A stretch of 64,000 nt of DNA from a virus (IMGVR_UViG_3300043174_000028:5902-69901); one strand, 5' to 3'; shown: positions 1-8,877, counted from the first letter of the stretch. Notes: a model not told the origin generated them from the letters alone. Translations and numbers: made by a program.

Positions 1-2
1 TC

Positions 3-140
3 ATTCACAACAGCATCCCGGTCAAGTACGACTCCTCCGCCAACCGTTATGTCCCCAACGGGGACAGGCCCAGGATCCAGCTGGAGGTTCTCACCGAGCA
101 GCAGGTCTCCGAGATGATGGTCGAAGCTCTCATTACCTAG
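3..140 (+). CDS. 3' end of a CDS truncated by the window edge, hypothetical protein
   Basis: Open frame IHNSIPVKYDSS...EMMVEALIT ending in TAG at 138-140. Confidence 0.55.
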   Translation: MHNSIPVKYDSSANRYVPNGDRPRIQLEVLTEQQVSEMMVEALIT

Positions 141-198
141 AGAACCAACCAAGAACACTAGACCTACCCCTCGTCTTCTCGGCATACGGAGACCTAGA

Positions 199-510
199 AT
201 GCCCGCAGACACCCTACCCAGTACCCCAGTAGCCCCTGACCCTGCTGCGTTGAATCCTGACCCGGGGAACACGACAACAGTGCGTGTCCTATTCGGGTCA
301 GAAGCCTTCCGCCAGAAGGCAGCAGCCACCCGTGCCCGTAACCAGGGCAAACGCCAGGGTATCCGTGTCCTCCGGGGAGCCATCAGGAGCAAGTGCCTGG
401 AGTGCACCGGCAATTCCCTGCCGGACATAGCCCAGTGCACGGCAGGGGAGGGAAGCCCGGCTCCCTGCTCGCTTTGGTTCTGCCGCCCCTATCGGCAGAA
501 GCAGCCATGA
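199..510 (+). CDS. Hypothetical phage protein with a Cys-rich, possibly zinc-binding C-terminus
   Basis: GGAG RBS upstream; AIRSKCLEC...C...CSLW motif; stop overlaps next start (ATGA). Confidence 0.65.
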   Translation: MPADTLPSTPVAPDPAALNPDPGNTTTVRVLFGSEAFRQKAAATRARNQGKRQGIRVLRGAIRSKCLECTGNSLPDIAQCTAGEGSPAPCSLWFCRPYRQKQP

Positions 511-746
511 CCCAGGAGAATCCTTGGATCCAGGGCTACTTGCACAATGGGGACATGGCAGTGGCCATTGCCTACCGCCGCAATGCGGACGGTAGCGCGT
601 ATGAGTGGGTGCTGACCGGAACCCCCAGCCCGGAGAAGACATTGCTCCAGGCGTGCTTGCGATCTGCCTACGAGCAGATCATCCAACAACAACTCAGAAA
701 CCAGGAGACATTTGATGCAACTAACGCCAAGCCAGAAGAAAGCTGA
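507..746 (+). CDS. Hypothetical protein (79 aa)
   Basis: ATGA coupling with upstream ORF; 3' end overlaps the helicase RBS and start. Confidence 0.55.
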   Translation: MTQENPWIQGYLHNGDMAVAIAYRRNADGSAYEWVLTGTPSPEKTLLQACLRSAYEQIIQQQLRNQETFDATNAKPEES

Positions 747-2040
747 AGAGGAGTTCATGGATTTCCTGGTGGATCCCAGCCAGAAGGAGATGGTCATCTC
801 CGGCTTCGCTGGAACAGGGAAGACCTGGCTGGTGCAGCACCTCTGCCAGCTAGCGGACAGCTTCTATCAGTTGAGCTGCACCTTGGATAACGCCTCTTCC
901 TATCCACAGGAAATCGTACTGACAGCTACCACGAACAAGGCAGCCAAGGTGCTGGAGAACCAGACCTCGCAGAAGACCAGCACCATCCATTCATTGCTGA
1001 ATCTCAAGGTGCAGAACGACTACAGCACCGGCAAGGTGAAGCTCATTCAGAAGAGCAATCCGGTAGGGCTGGACACCTGCCTCGTCTTCGTGGACGAAGC
1101 CAGCATGGTGGACCTGGAGCTGCTCCAGTACATACGAGCCAGCAAGGCAGCGAAGATCGTATTTGTTGGGGACAAGTACCAGCTGCCTCCGGTGGGTGAG
1201 AGCAAGCCCGTGGTGTTCGACAGGAACAAGGGGATTGTCCACCTGGAGGATACCGTCCGGCAGGAAGCAGACAATCCAATCATTGGATTGGGAAGTGAAT
1301 TCCGGGAACTGCTGGATACCGGAATCCAGGGAAAGGGCTGGCCTGTCATTCCCGTGGACAACAAGCATGTCTTTCATTTGAACAGGGAAGAGCTGAAGCA
1401 ACAGCTCAACCAGTTCGTGGATGATGGCAGCTTTCACAGCAATGAAGTTGTGGTGCTGACCTGGAGTAACGACAGGGCGATCAGCTACAACAAGTACATC
1501 CGCAAGATGTACACGTCCGAGGAAGGGTTTGTTCCTGGTGAGATTGTTATTACCAACTCACCCGTGTTCAGATCCACCGGCCATGCACAGAACACTCAGG
1601 TCTTTGGTACTGATTGGTTCCTGCGTGTGGATAGCTGCGTTGACTTTGAAGCGGAACTCTTCATCCAGGATTACCTGCACAGGGTACCTGGCTGGCAACT
1701 GAGGCTAACGGATGCGCACATAACCGGATCATCCCTGGACGTGTTCATGCCAAAGAACAGGAACCAACAGAAGGATCTGCTGAAGAGGTTGGCAGAGGAC
1801 AAGAACTGGCCGGGTTACTTCAGGTTAAAGGAGACCTGGGCAGATGTTCGTTCCACTCACGCGCTTACTTGCCACAAGTCCCAGGGTTCCACCTATCGGG
1901 ATGTGATCATTGACTTGGATGACATTGGCAAGAATACCAAGTGGCGGGAGATGGCACGGATGCTCTATGTCGCTGTCAGCAGGGCCAGCCATAGGGTGTA
2001 TTTCTATGGCAGCTTGCCGGACAGGCAATGGAAATCCTAG
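715..2040 (+). CDS. Dda/RecD-like SF1B DNA helicase (N4 gp37-like)
   Basis: Walker A GFAGTGKT, Walker B FVDEASMV, GDKYQLPPV, TCHKSQGSTY, LYVAVSRA. Confidence 0.93.
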   Translation: MQLTPSQKKAEEEFMDFLVDPSQKEMVISGFAGTGKTWLVQHLCQLADSFYQLSCTLDNASSYPQEIVLTATTNKAAKVLENQTSQKTSTIHSLLNLKVQNDYSTGKVKLIQKSNPVGLDTCLVFVDEASMVDLELLQYIRASKAAKIVFVGDKYQLPPVGESKPVVFDRNKGIVHLEDTVRQEADNPIIGLGSEFRELLDTGIQGKGWPVIPVDNKHVFHLNREELKQQLNQFVDDGSFHSNEVVVLTWSNDRAISYNKYIRKMYTSEEGFVPGEIVITNSPVFRSTGHAQNTQVFGTDWFLRVDSCVDFEAELFIQDYLHRVPGWQLRLTDAHITGSSLDVFMPKNRNQQKDLLKRLAEDKNWPGYFRLKETWADVRSTHALTCHKSQGSTYRDVIIDLDDIGKNTKWREMARMLYVAVSRASHRVYFYGSLPDRQWKS

Positions 2041-2048
2041 GAGGAACC

Positions 2049-2594
2049 ATGGCCAAGCCGACACTCAACAAGATGTTCATCTTCAACAGCTTGTTCAATG
2101 CGATATTCGACCCAGCCAAGAAGTATTCCATTCAAACCAAGAAGAACCTGATCCAGAGGAATAACCAGCTCTACGGGAACACATCGGCAAGAGGTGGGTT
2201 GTACTACCTGGGAGTAAAGCACCTGTCTTATAACCCGGAGAACAACCTGCGGTATGTGCCGCACTATCCATTGCACGATAACTTGATCCCGGAGATGGAA
2301 GAGTACCTCAAGAGCAGGGATAAGCTCACCTCGTTCATGGATCAGGCTAACCGTACCCTGACTATCCTGCTGACTCCGGTGCAGAGCTATGAAGATCTGT
2401 ACTACCTGCTGGACAGCACCTTGTTCGTATTGGCTTGCCCGAACAGGAACTTCGATTCGGGTATGCCGACAGGCATGGCAGAGTACGTACCCAGCAAGCG
2501 GTTGCAGGAACTAAAGCAGGAACATGCCGAGTTCCTGCAACTGCTGCTGGAACAGCACATGGAAAACCTTATCTCTCAACAGCTCTATCAGTAG
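2049..2594 (+). CDS. Hypothetical protein between helicase and DNA polymerase (N4 gp38 position)
   Basis: GGAGG RBS, 181 aa, synteny with N4-like phages. Confidence 0.7.
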   Translation: MAKPTLNKMFIFNSLFNAIFDPAKKYSIQTKKNLIQRNNQLYGNTSARGGLYYLGVKHLSYNPENNLRYVPHYPLHDNLIPEMEEYLKSRDKLTSFMDQANRTLTILLTPVQSYEDLYYLLDSTLFVLACPNRNFDSGMPTGMAEYVPSKRLQELKQEHAEFLQLLLEQHMENLISQQLYQ

Positions 2595-2602
2595 GTGTAG
2601 CC

Positions 2603-4132
2603 ATGCTCAGGCATCTCATGTTTAGCACCGAACAGGAAAGCTATGACCTTGCCATCCTCATCAAGAACAAGGCCATGATCGAAAGGGAACTAATTACACA
2701 TTACATCCAACCCCTGGAGGATCTGGGCATAGCACGCAAGCAGGTGGTGGCACTCAGCCTTGAGATGTCGGACACCAACAAGGTGACAGCGCAGGAAGCC
2801 AAGGAATGCCTGGCTAACATTGGCTCTTACTGCAAACAAAAAGGCATCCGTCACGTGCTAGTGGCGGATGCCTTCTACTTCAAGACTGCGTGCAAGGTCA
2901 AAAAGGCGGAGCCTCACTACGGCTACGTACTGCCTGCGCCTCTCATCTCGCCCGGTGTCCAGGCTACCTTGAGCGTGAACTACCAACAGCTCTTCTACAA
3001 TCCCAGTCTTAAATCCAGATTGGTTATGGGATTGAATGCAGTAGCAAACAGTATATGTCACAAACCTGGATTGTTTGCAAACTCAATACTGATAAACGCC
3101 AGTTACCCGGAAACCATAGAAGATATAAGTCGAACATTACAGGAATTGCACAGTAAACCTGCACTCACCTGCGACATAGAAACACTAGGACTGAAACCAG
3201 AAGAACAGAGAAGCTTAGTGTCTATTGCCTTTGCCTGGGACAAGTATTCAGGCATAGCGTTCATGCTGAACAACTACCTGCCTAGCCATAGAACCAAGAT
3301 CAAGCAACTGTTGAAAAAGTTCTTCTTGCAATACAAGGGAACTTTAATCTTCCACAACGCAACCTTCGACACCAAGAACCTCATTCACTTCCTGTTCATG
3401 AAGAATCCTTCCGACCTGACAGGGATGCTGGAAGGATTGCACTGTCTCTACCGTAAGCTGGATGACACCAAGTTGCTGGCTTACCTCGCCAGCAATACCA
3501 CGGCTAACAATTCTCTGAGCCTGAAGGATCTGGCCTTCGAGTTTGCTGGCAAGTACAGCCTCGACAGCTTCGACTTCTCAGTGTGTCTGAACCAGAAAGA
3601 GATACTGGAATACAACCTGACCGACTGTGCTGCCACCTGGTATGTCTATGAGGTGTACCGGGAGAAGGTGAGACAGGAACAGGAGTGGATCTATCAGAGC
3701 TTGATGCTGTCTGCGCTCAAGACCATCACTCAGATGGAACTGACAGGCATGGCCATGAGCAAATCTGCCATCGACAGGCTGGCAGAGAACCTGCAAAGGG
3801 ACATGCGCAAGGTGGCACAGGACATTGCAGATCATCCTATTGTGCAGCAGTTCACCAGGGAACTGCGAATAGCAGCAGCCATCGAGCACACGGCACGGCT
3901 GAAGAAAACCATCAAGACGGAGGAAGACTACGCAGATCTGAAGTTCAATCCAGGAAGCAACAAGCATCTGGCAAAGCTCTTGTTCGACCATTTGGCTTTG
4001 CCTGTGTTCAGGTACACCGACACCAATGCTCCCAGCGTGGATGAGAAGTCCCTCAACTCTCTCATTGGCTGGATAAGAAACCAATTACCAGGAGACACAC
4101 ATGGCACAACTGACCCCGCTTCAGGTCTATGA
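2603..4132 (+). CDS. Family A DNA polymerase, block 1 (N-terminal domain, 3'-5' exonuclease, start of thumb)
   Basis: ExoI TCDIET, ExoII FHNATFD, ExoIII YNLTDC, FNPGSNKHLAKLLF; frame closes at 4132 before the polymerase motifs. Confidence 0.9.
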   Translation: MLRHLMFSTEQESYDLAILIKNKAMIERELITHYIQPLEDLGIARKQVVALSLEMSDTNKVTAQEAKECLANIGSYCKQKGIRHVLVADAFYFKTACKVKKAEPHYGYVLPAPLISPGVQATLSVNYQQLFYNPSLKSRLVMGLNAVANSICHKPGLFANSILINASYPETIEDISRTLQELHSKPALTCDIETLGLKPEEQRSLVSIAFAWDKYSGIAFMLNNYLPSHRTKIKQLLKKFFLQYKGTLIFHNATFDTKNLIHFLFMKNPSDLTGMLEGLHCLYRKLDDTKLLAYLASNTTANNSLSLKDLAFEFAGKYSLDSFDFSVCLNQKEILEYNLTDCAATWYVYEVYREKVRQEQEWIYQSLMLSALKTITQMELTGMAMSKSAIDRLAENLQRDMRKVAQDIADHPIVQQFTRELRIAAAIEHTARLKKTIKTEEDYADLKFNPGSNKHLAKLLFDHLALPVFRYTDTNAPSVDEKSLNSLIGWIRNQLPGDTHGTTDPASGL

Positions 4133-4394
4133 AGCACAGCAGATCATCAAGAAACTGGGTGGCGTAGGGATTCTCCAGGTGGATGACATCCCCGTGCTCA
4201 ACACTCAGACAGGTAAGGTACTCAAGCTGATGCTGGACATGAAGTGGCATGAAGCTTGGGAGATCCTCGAAGTGGCAGGAGGTACGGAAGGGCTGAGGCG
4301 TATGCGCACCCTGCGTACCCTGCCGAGAGTGGAGATTCACAAAAGGAAAAGCTTTGGTTCCAGGGGATTTGCCTACCGCCTGGAAGTTACATGA
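4101..4394 (+). CDS. 97-aa hypothetical protein nested between DNA polymerase blocks 1 and 2
   Basis: Own RBS (CAGGAG) inside block 1; stop overlaps the ATG of block 2 (ATGA). Confidence 0.7.
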   Translation: MAQLTPLQVYEAQQIIKKLGGVGILQVDDIPVLNTQTGKVLKLMLDMKWHEAWEILEVAGGTEGLRRMRTLRTLPRVEIHKRKSFGSRGFAYRLEVT

Positions 4395-5005
4395 ACAAGG
4401 ACTATTCGCTGGAAGAAATCCTGAACCTGCTGGAGAGCATCAAGAACCACAACGCTCTGAGCACGATGCTCTCCACTTTCATCAGCTCTTTCCAGAAGAA
4501 CACCCTGTCTCCAGATCCAACCAAGCCAGATGAAGTGCGCCTCTATGGTTCGTTCAACCTGGGAGGCACGCTTAGTGGCAGGTTGAGCAGCAGCTCGCCC
4601 AATCTCCAGAACATTCCCTCGACCGGGACTCCCTATGCCAAGCCTGTGAAGGAGTGCTTCCGCGCTCCTGCAGGCTGGCTCATGGTGGGAGCGGACTTCA
4701 ATGCGCTGGAGGAACGGGTGGGCAGCCTGCTCACCAAGGATCCAAACAGGCTCAAGGTCTACCACGAAGGGTTCGATGGGCACTGTCTCAGGGCCTATGC
4801 GTACTTCGGGGACAAGATGCCGGACATACGCCAGGCAACAGACCAGGAGCGTTGCTTCAAGCTGCAGGCAGGCAAGGATACGGTGTACTGCAAGGCAGAT
4901 GACGTGCTGGTTCTGCCTGACGGAACACGCAAGACGGTGCAACAACTATTCGAGGAGGAAGGCTATGGAGATAAAGCTGACTGCCAAGCCAACCAAGGTC
5001 AGTGA
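4391..5005 (+). CDS. Family A DNA polymerase, block 2 (includes motif A)
   Basis: GGTLSGRLSSSSPNLQNIP, motif A WLMVGADFNALEER, DGHCLRAYAYF. Confidence 0.9.
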   Translation: MNKDYSLEEILNLLESIKNHNALSTMLSTFISSFQKNTLSPDPTKPDEVRLYGSFNLGGTLSGRLSSSSPNLQNIPSTGTPYAKPVKECFRAPAGWLMVGADFNALEERVGSLLTKDPNRLKVYHEGFDGHCLRAYAYFGDKMPDIRQATDQERCFKLQAGKDTVYCKADDVLVLPDGTRKTVQQLFEEEGYGDKADCQANQGQ

Positions 5006-5096
5006 GATCAGCAGTACCGAATTCAACGTCTACTACATCAACTCAATAGCAAAGGAGCATAGGGGACTTCGCCAAGAATCGAAGTCCCCTACTTAG
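4965..5096 (+). CDS. Family A DNA polymerase, block 3 (43 aa, first half of motif B)
   Basis: Strong RBS GAGGAGG then ATG; INSIAKEHRGLRQESKSPT then TAG; matches N4-type LRQxSKxPT. Confidence 0.8.
   Translation: MEIKLTAKPTKVSEISSTEFNVYYINSIAKEHRGLRQESKSPT
5060..5091 (+). promoter_or_regulatory. Perfect 12-bp hairpin in polymerase block 3, ending at the last codon before the coding gap (candidate recoding signal)
   Basis: taggggacttcg (5060-5071) / cgaagtccccta (5080-5091), 8-nt loop. Confidence 0.6.
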
Positions 5097-5098
5097 CT

Positions 5099-5719
5099 TT
5101 TGCCCTTCAGTACGGCAGCAGTGCTAACGGTCTGGTGGAGAACTTTGGCTTTGCCCCGGACCAAGCCAGGAAACTCTATGAGAAGTATCACGAGCTGTAC
5201 GAGGTATCGGATACCTGGGTGCAGCACAAGCTGGAAGAGGCCAGTGCTCGTGGCTATGCAGAGCTGGCCTTTGGTCTGCGTTTGCAGACTCCGATATTGC
5301 AGCAGGTAATCCTGTCGGCCAAGCGGTCCCTGCCTTACGAGGCACACAAGGAAGCCAAGACCGTAGCCAACGCGCACGTGCAGTCATACAGCCTGCTCAA
5401 CACCCGGGCAGCCAATGCCTTCATGCAGCGTGTGTGGAAGTCCAAATACAAGGAACAGATCTTGCCTATTGCCCAGATCCACGACTCCATCTACCTGCTC
5501 ATTCGCAACAACCTGAAAGTTCTTCATTGGGTCAATGAGAACTTGATTGAAGAAATGAACTGGAACCAACTGCCTGAGTTGCAGGATTCTCGGGTGGGAC
5601 TGGAGGCCAAGCTGGAACTGTACTGGCCGGACTGGTCCAAGCCGCACGTCATCCCCAATGGGCTGTCATTGCAGCAGCTCAAGGAACATTTGGTTTCTCT
5701 CAAACTCAAGAAGGAATGA
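5099..5719 (+). CDS. Family A DNA polymerase, block 4 (second half of motif B, motif C); no start codon of its own before FALQYG
   Basis: FALQYG continues motif B after a 5-nt gap; motif C PIAQIHDSIYL; LYWPDWS C-terminus typical of N4-like polymerases. Confidence 0.85.
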   Translation, partial: FALQYGSSANGLVENFGFAPDQARKLYEKYHELYEVSDTWVQHKLEEASARGYAELAFGLRLQTPILQQVILSAKRSLPYEAHKEAKTVANAHVQSYSLLNTRAANAFMQRVWKSKYKEQILPIAQIHDSIYLLIRNNLKVLHWVNENLIEEMNWNQLPELQDSRVGLEAKLELYWPDWSKPHVIPNGLSLQQLKEHLVSLKLKKE

Positions 5720-5722
5720 AAG

Positions 5723-6706
5723 ATGCTGACTAATCGAAAGCATATCCCGCTACCTATGGCCGTATGGCTGGCAGCTCAGGATGGATATGACCTGGAGTTC
5801 CATCCGGAAGTCATCTCCGCCACCGAGTTGCTTCTTCCTTTGCGTTCCTTGGTTCTCTCCCGCAGAACGGAACGCAGGATCGTGCAGGACATCGACGATC
5901 TGGTGCCTTCCCGTCTGGGTACGGCAACCCATACAGCAATGGAGAATGCCTGGCTCAACCACTATGCGGCAGCCATGGCCAACCTGGGCTACTCCGATGA
6001 AGTGATTGCTTCCATCAAGATCAATCCAGATGTAGTCAATCCAGGAGATGTTCCTGTGTATCTGGAGAAGAGAACCAACAGGAAGCTGTTGGATTACACC
6101 ATCTCGGGCAAGTTCGACATTGTTATCAACGGTGAACTGCACGACCTGAAGACTACCAGGACGTTTGCCTGGATCAGTGGATCCAATGACAGGGAGTACC
6201 AGCTACAAGGCAGTATCTATCGTTGGCTTAATCCAGACCTGATTACAGAAGACTACCTGACTATCAACTACTTGTTCACTGACTGGAATGTGAACAGGGC
6301 CATGTCGGAGAACGATTATCCGACTAACCGTTGCATGTCCAAGAAGTTCCCGCTTCTGTCATTGAAGGACATTGAAACCTTCATGGTGGACAAGCTGGCT
6401 CAGTTCAAGAAGTACGAGACAGCCCCACAGGAAGAACTGCCCAAGTGCTCTACCAAGGAACTGTGGCAGGAGCATCCTCGTTGGGCGTACTACAAGAGCC
6501 CGAACAACATGAAACGGGCCACTAAGCTGTTTGATCTGGAAAAGGATGCCAATCTGTTCAACCAGCTCAACGGCAGCAAAGGTGTAGTAGTCAAGAGAGA
6601 AGGCGAACCAAGGCGCTGCAACTACTGCGCTGCCAGGAACTATTGCCTGCAGGCTCAGGACTTCGAGCTGGCGGGATTACTCAACAAACAGGAGACCTAC
6701 CCATGA
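5723..6706 (+). CDS. PD-(D/E)XK exonuclease (N4 gp42-like, Cas4-like)
   Basis: ISGKFDIV...HDLKTT, YQLQGSIY, C-terminal RRCNYC; synteny. Confidence 0.8.
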   Translation: MLTNRKHIPLPMAVWLAAQDGYDLEFHPEVISATELLLPLRSLVLSRRTERRIVQDIDDLVPSRLGTATHTAMENAWLNHYAAAMANLGYSDEVIASIKINPDVVNPGDVPVYLEKRTNRKLLDYTISGKFDIVINGELHDLKTTRTFAWISGSNDREYQLQGSIYRWLNPDLITEDYLTINYLFTDWNVNRAMSENDYPTNRCMSKKFPLLSLKDIETFMVDKLAQFKKYETAPQEELPKCSTKELWQEHPRWAYYKSPNNMKRATKLFDLEKDANLFNQLNGSKGVVVKREGEPRRCNYCAARNYCLQAQDFELAGLLNKQETYP

Positions 6707-8868
6707 GAAAACTGGACACGCTGCAGATGCACCCGCTGCAGCAATCCATCGTAGAGATACTGTCCATCAAGACCCAGAACACGGACACCATGTTCTTTCA
6801 CCTGATGGTGGCTTATCACTTCTCCAAGCTGGCCACCATGATGAGAACCAATGTGTCCATCGATGGGTTGGGCGTGCTGCCGGTGAACATGTACGCCATC
6901 AACCTTGCCCCGTCAGGTAGCGGCAAGGGCCGGTCGATGAACATCATTGAAGATCAGGTCATCAACCGGTTCCGTGAGAGGTTCATGGAAGAAACCTTCT
7001 TCGCCGTATCCAACGAGAACCTGGCCAAGCTCTCCCTGCGTAGAGCCAACAACAAGCACAGCACTCCGGAGATCGAGAAGCAGCTCCTTGAAGATGAGTT
7101 CAACGGAGCTGGTCCCATGGTGTTCAGCTTTGACAGTGCCACTACTGCTGCCGTGAAGCAGATGCGGCACAAGCTACTGCTAGCCAACATTGGATCCATG
7201 AACATGGAGATCGATGAGATTGGCAGCAACATGCTGGGCAACATGGAAGTGCTGACCAGCTTCCTGGAGCTGTTCGACATCGGCAAGATCAAGCAAAAGC
7301 TAACCAAGCACACCAAGGAGAACAACAGGTCTGAGGAACTGTATGGTTCCACTCCGACCAACATGCTGCTGTTCGGTACTCCAACCAAGCTGCTCAATGG
7401 CAGCAAGGTGGAGGACGAGTTCTACGAGATGCTGGAAGTTGGCTATGCCAGAAGGTGTTTCTTTGGCTTCAGCAAGTACCGGAAGCACGAGAAGCCCATG
7501 ACACCGCAGGAGATCTATTCGATCTTCACTGATCCAAACAATGAAAATACCTTGTTCGCCATTGCCGATAAGCTGGCAGAGCTGGCTGACATAGTGAACT
7601 ACGGCAGCACCATCAAGATGCCCAAGGACGTGATGCTGGAACTGATTTCCTACCGCCAGCACTGCGACCACAAGGCAGAGTCCTACTCAGAGTATGAAGA
7701 GATCCGCAAAGCAGAGCTGAAGCATCGTTACTTCAAGGCAGCAAAGCTGGCTGGTACGTATGCCTTCATCGATCAGTCGGTGAACATTACCGAGGATCAC
7801 CTGTACCACGCCATTGCAATGACCGAAGCCTCTGGCAGAGCGTTCGACCAGATCCTCCGTAGGGAACGCCCCTATGCCAAGCTGGCTTCCTACATCTGCA
7901 CCATCAAGCGGGAAGTGACCCACGCAGATCTGGTTGAGGACTTGCCTTTCTACAAGGGCACCGAAGCACAGAAGCGTGACATGCTTTCTTTGGCTGTGGC
8001 CTATGGCTACAAGAACAACCTGATCATCAAGCGTGAAACCATCGACGGGATTGAGTTCCTGTCGGGTAATTCCTTGCCCGTTACCGATCTGAACAAGCTC
8101 AAACTCAGCTACAGCAACGACTTCACCAAAAACTATGACAACCGCAACGGGCATTGGGACAACCTGGTAAACCTTTGCACTCGCGAGGGATACCATTGGT
8201 GCAACCACCACTTCATGGAACACGAGGATTTCCCTAGTCAACGGGGATACCGGGATGAAGCTCATACCTATCCTGGTTTCAATCTTCTGGTTCTGGATGT
8301 GGAGAACAGCGTCTCCATGGACCTGGCCAAGAGCCTGCTCTTCAGCTTTACCTGGTTCATGCACACCACCAAGAGGCACACGCCGGACAATCACCGTTTC
8401 AGGATTGTCCTGCCCATGTCTCATGTGCTGGAGCTGGACCAGAAGGACTACCGGGAGTTCATGAACAACATCTACGACTGGTTGCCCTTCACGGTAGACA
8501 GGCAAACCAACCAAAGGTCCAGGAAGTGGGAGACCTCTCCAGGCACTCACTTCTACAACGCAGGGCATCTGCTCGATGTGCTGCAGTTCATTCCTAAAAC
8601 CAAGAAGGCCGAGGAGAACAAGGTAAAGCTGCTGGAACAGGCTTCCTTGAACAACTTGGAGAGATGGTTCCTGAACCAGATGGAGGAAGGTAACAGGAAC
8701 AACATGCTATTGCGTTATGCCTTCTGTCTCGTGGATCAGAAGATGAGCTTCGACGACATCAAGGCAGAAGTGCTGGCTCTCAACAGCCAGAGCAAGAACC
8801 CACTAGCCAAAGACGAAGTACTGAACACCATCATGGTTTCAGTAGCCAAGAAACTCCAATCAAACTAG
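6703..8868 (+). CDS. DNA primase/helicase-associated protein (N4 gp43-like)
   Basis: APSGSGKG P-loop, EIDEIG, C-terminal primase-like region (TTKRH...RFRIVLP, EGNRNNMLLRYA); synteny. Confidence 0.8.
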   Translation: MRKLDTLQMHPLQQSIVEILSIKTQNTDTMFFHLMVAYHFSKLATMMRTNVSIDGLGVLPVNMYAINLAPSGSGKGRSMNIIEDQVINRFRERFMEETFFAVSNENLAKLSLRRANNKHSTPEIEKQLLEDEFNGAGPMVFSFDSATTAAVKQMRHKLLLANIGSMNMEIDEIGSNMLGNMEVLTSFLELFDIGKIKQKLTKHTKENNRSEELYGSTPTNMLLFGTPTKLLNGSKVEDEFYEMLEVGYARRCFFGFSKYRKHEKPMTPQEIYSIFTDPNNENTLFAIADKLAELADIVNYGSTIKMPKDVMLELISYRQHCDHKAESYSEYEEIRKAELKHRYFKAAKLAGTYAFIDQSVNITEDHLYHAIAMTEASGRAFDQILRRERPYAKLASYICTIKREVTHADLVEDLPFYKGTEAQKRDMLSLAVAYGYKNNLIIKRETIDGIEFLSGNSLPVTDLNKLKLSYSNDFTKNYDNRNGHWDNLVNLCTREGYHWCNHHFMEHEDFPSQRGYRDEAHTYPGFNLLVLDVENSVSMDLAKSLLFSFTWFMHTTKRHTPDNHRFRIVLPMSHVLELDQKDYREFMNNIYDWLPFTVDRQTNQRSRKWETSPGTHFYNAGHLLDVLQFIPKTKKAEENKVKLLEQASLNNLERWFLNQMEEGNRNNMLLRYAFCLVDQKMSFDDIKAEVLALNSQSKNPLAKDEVLNTIMVSVAKKLQSN

Positions 8869-8877
8869 GACTGCTCT

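Noticed and set aside
4088-4390. T4 gene 60-style GGA-to-GGA hop across the nested 97-aa ORF (CCA GGA to CCT GGA)
   Set aside because: No stop follows the candidate take-off codon, the distance is about 290 nt, and block 2 has a simpler ATGA-coupled start.
5094-5309. Stop-codon reassignment or TAG readthrough as the explanation for the polymerase break
   Set aside because: Reading through TAG continues in the wrong frame (LLPFSTAAV...), and TAG ends many normal genes in this window (for example 140, 2040, 8868, 9597).
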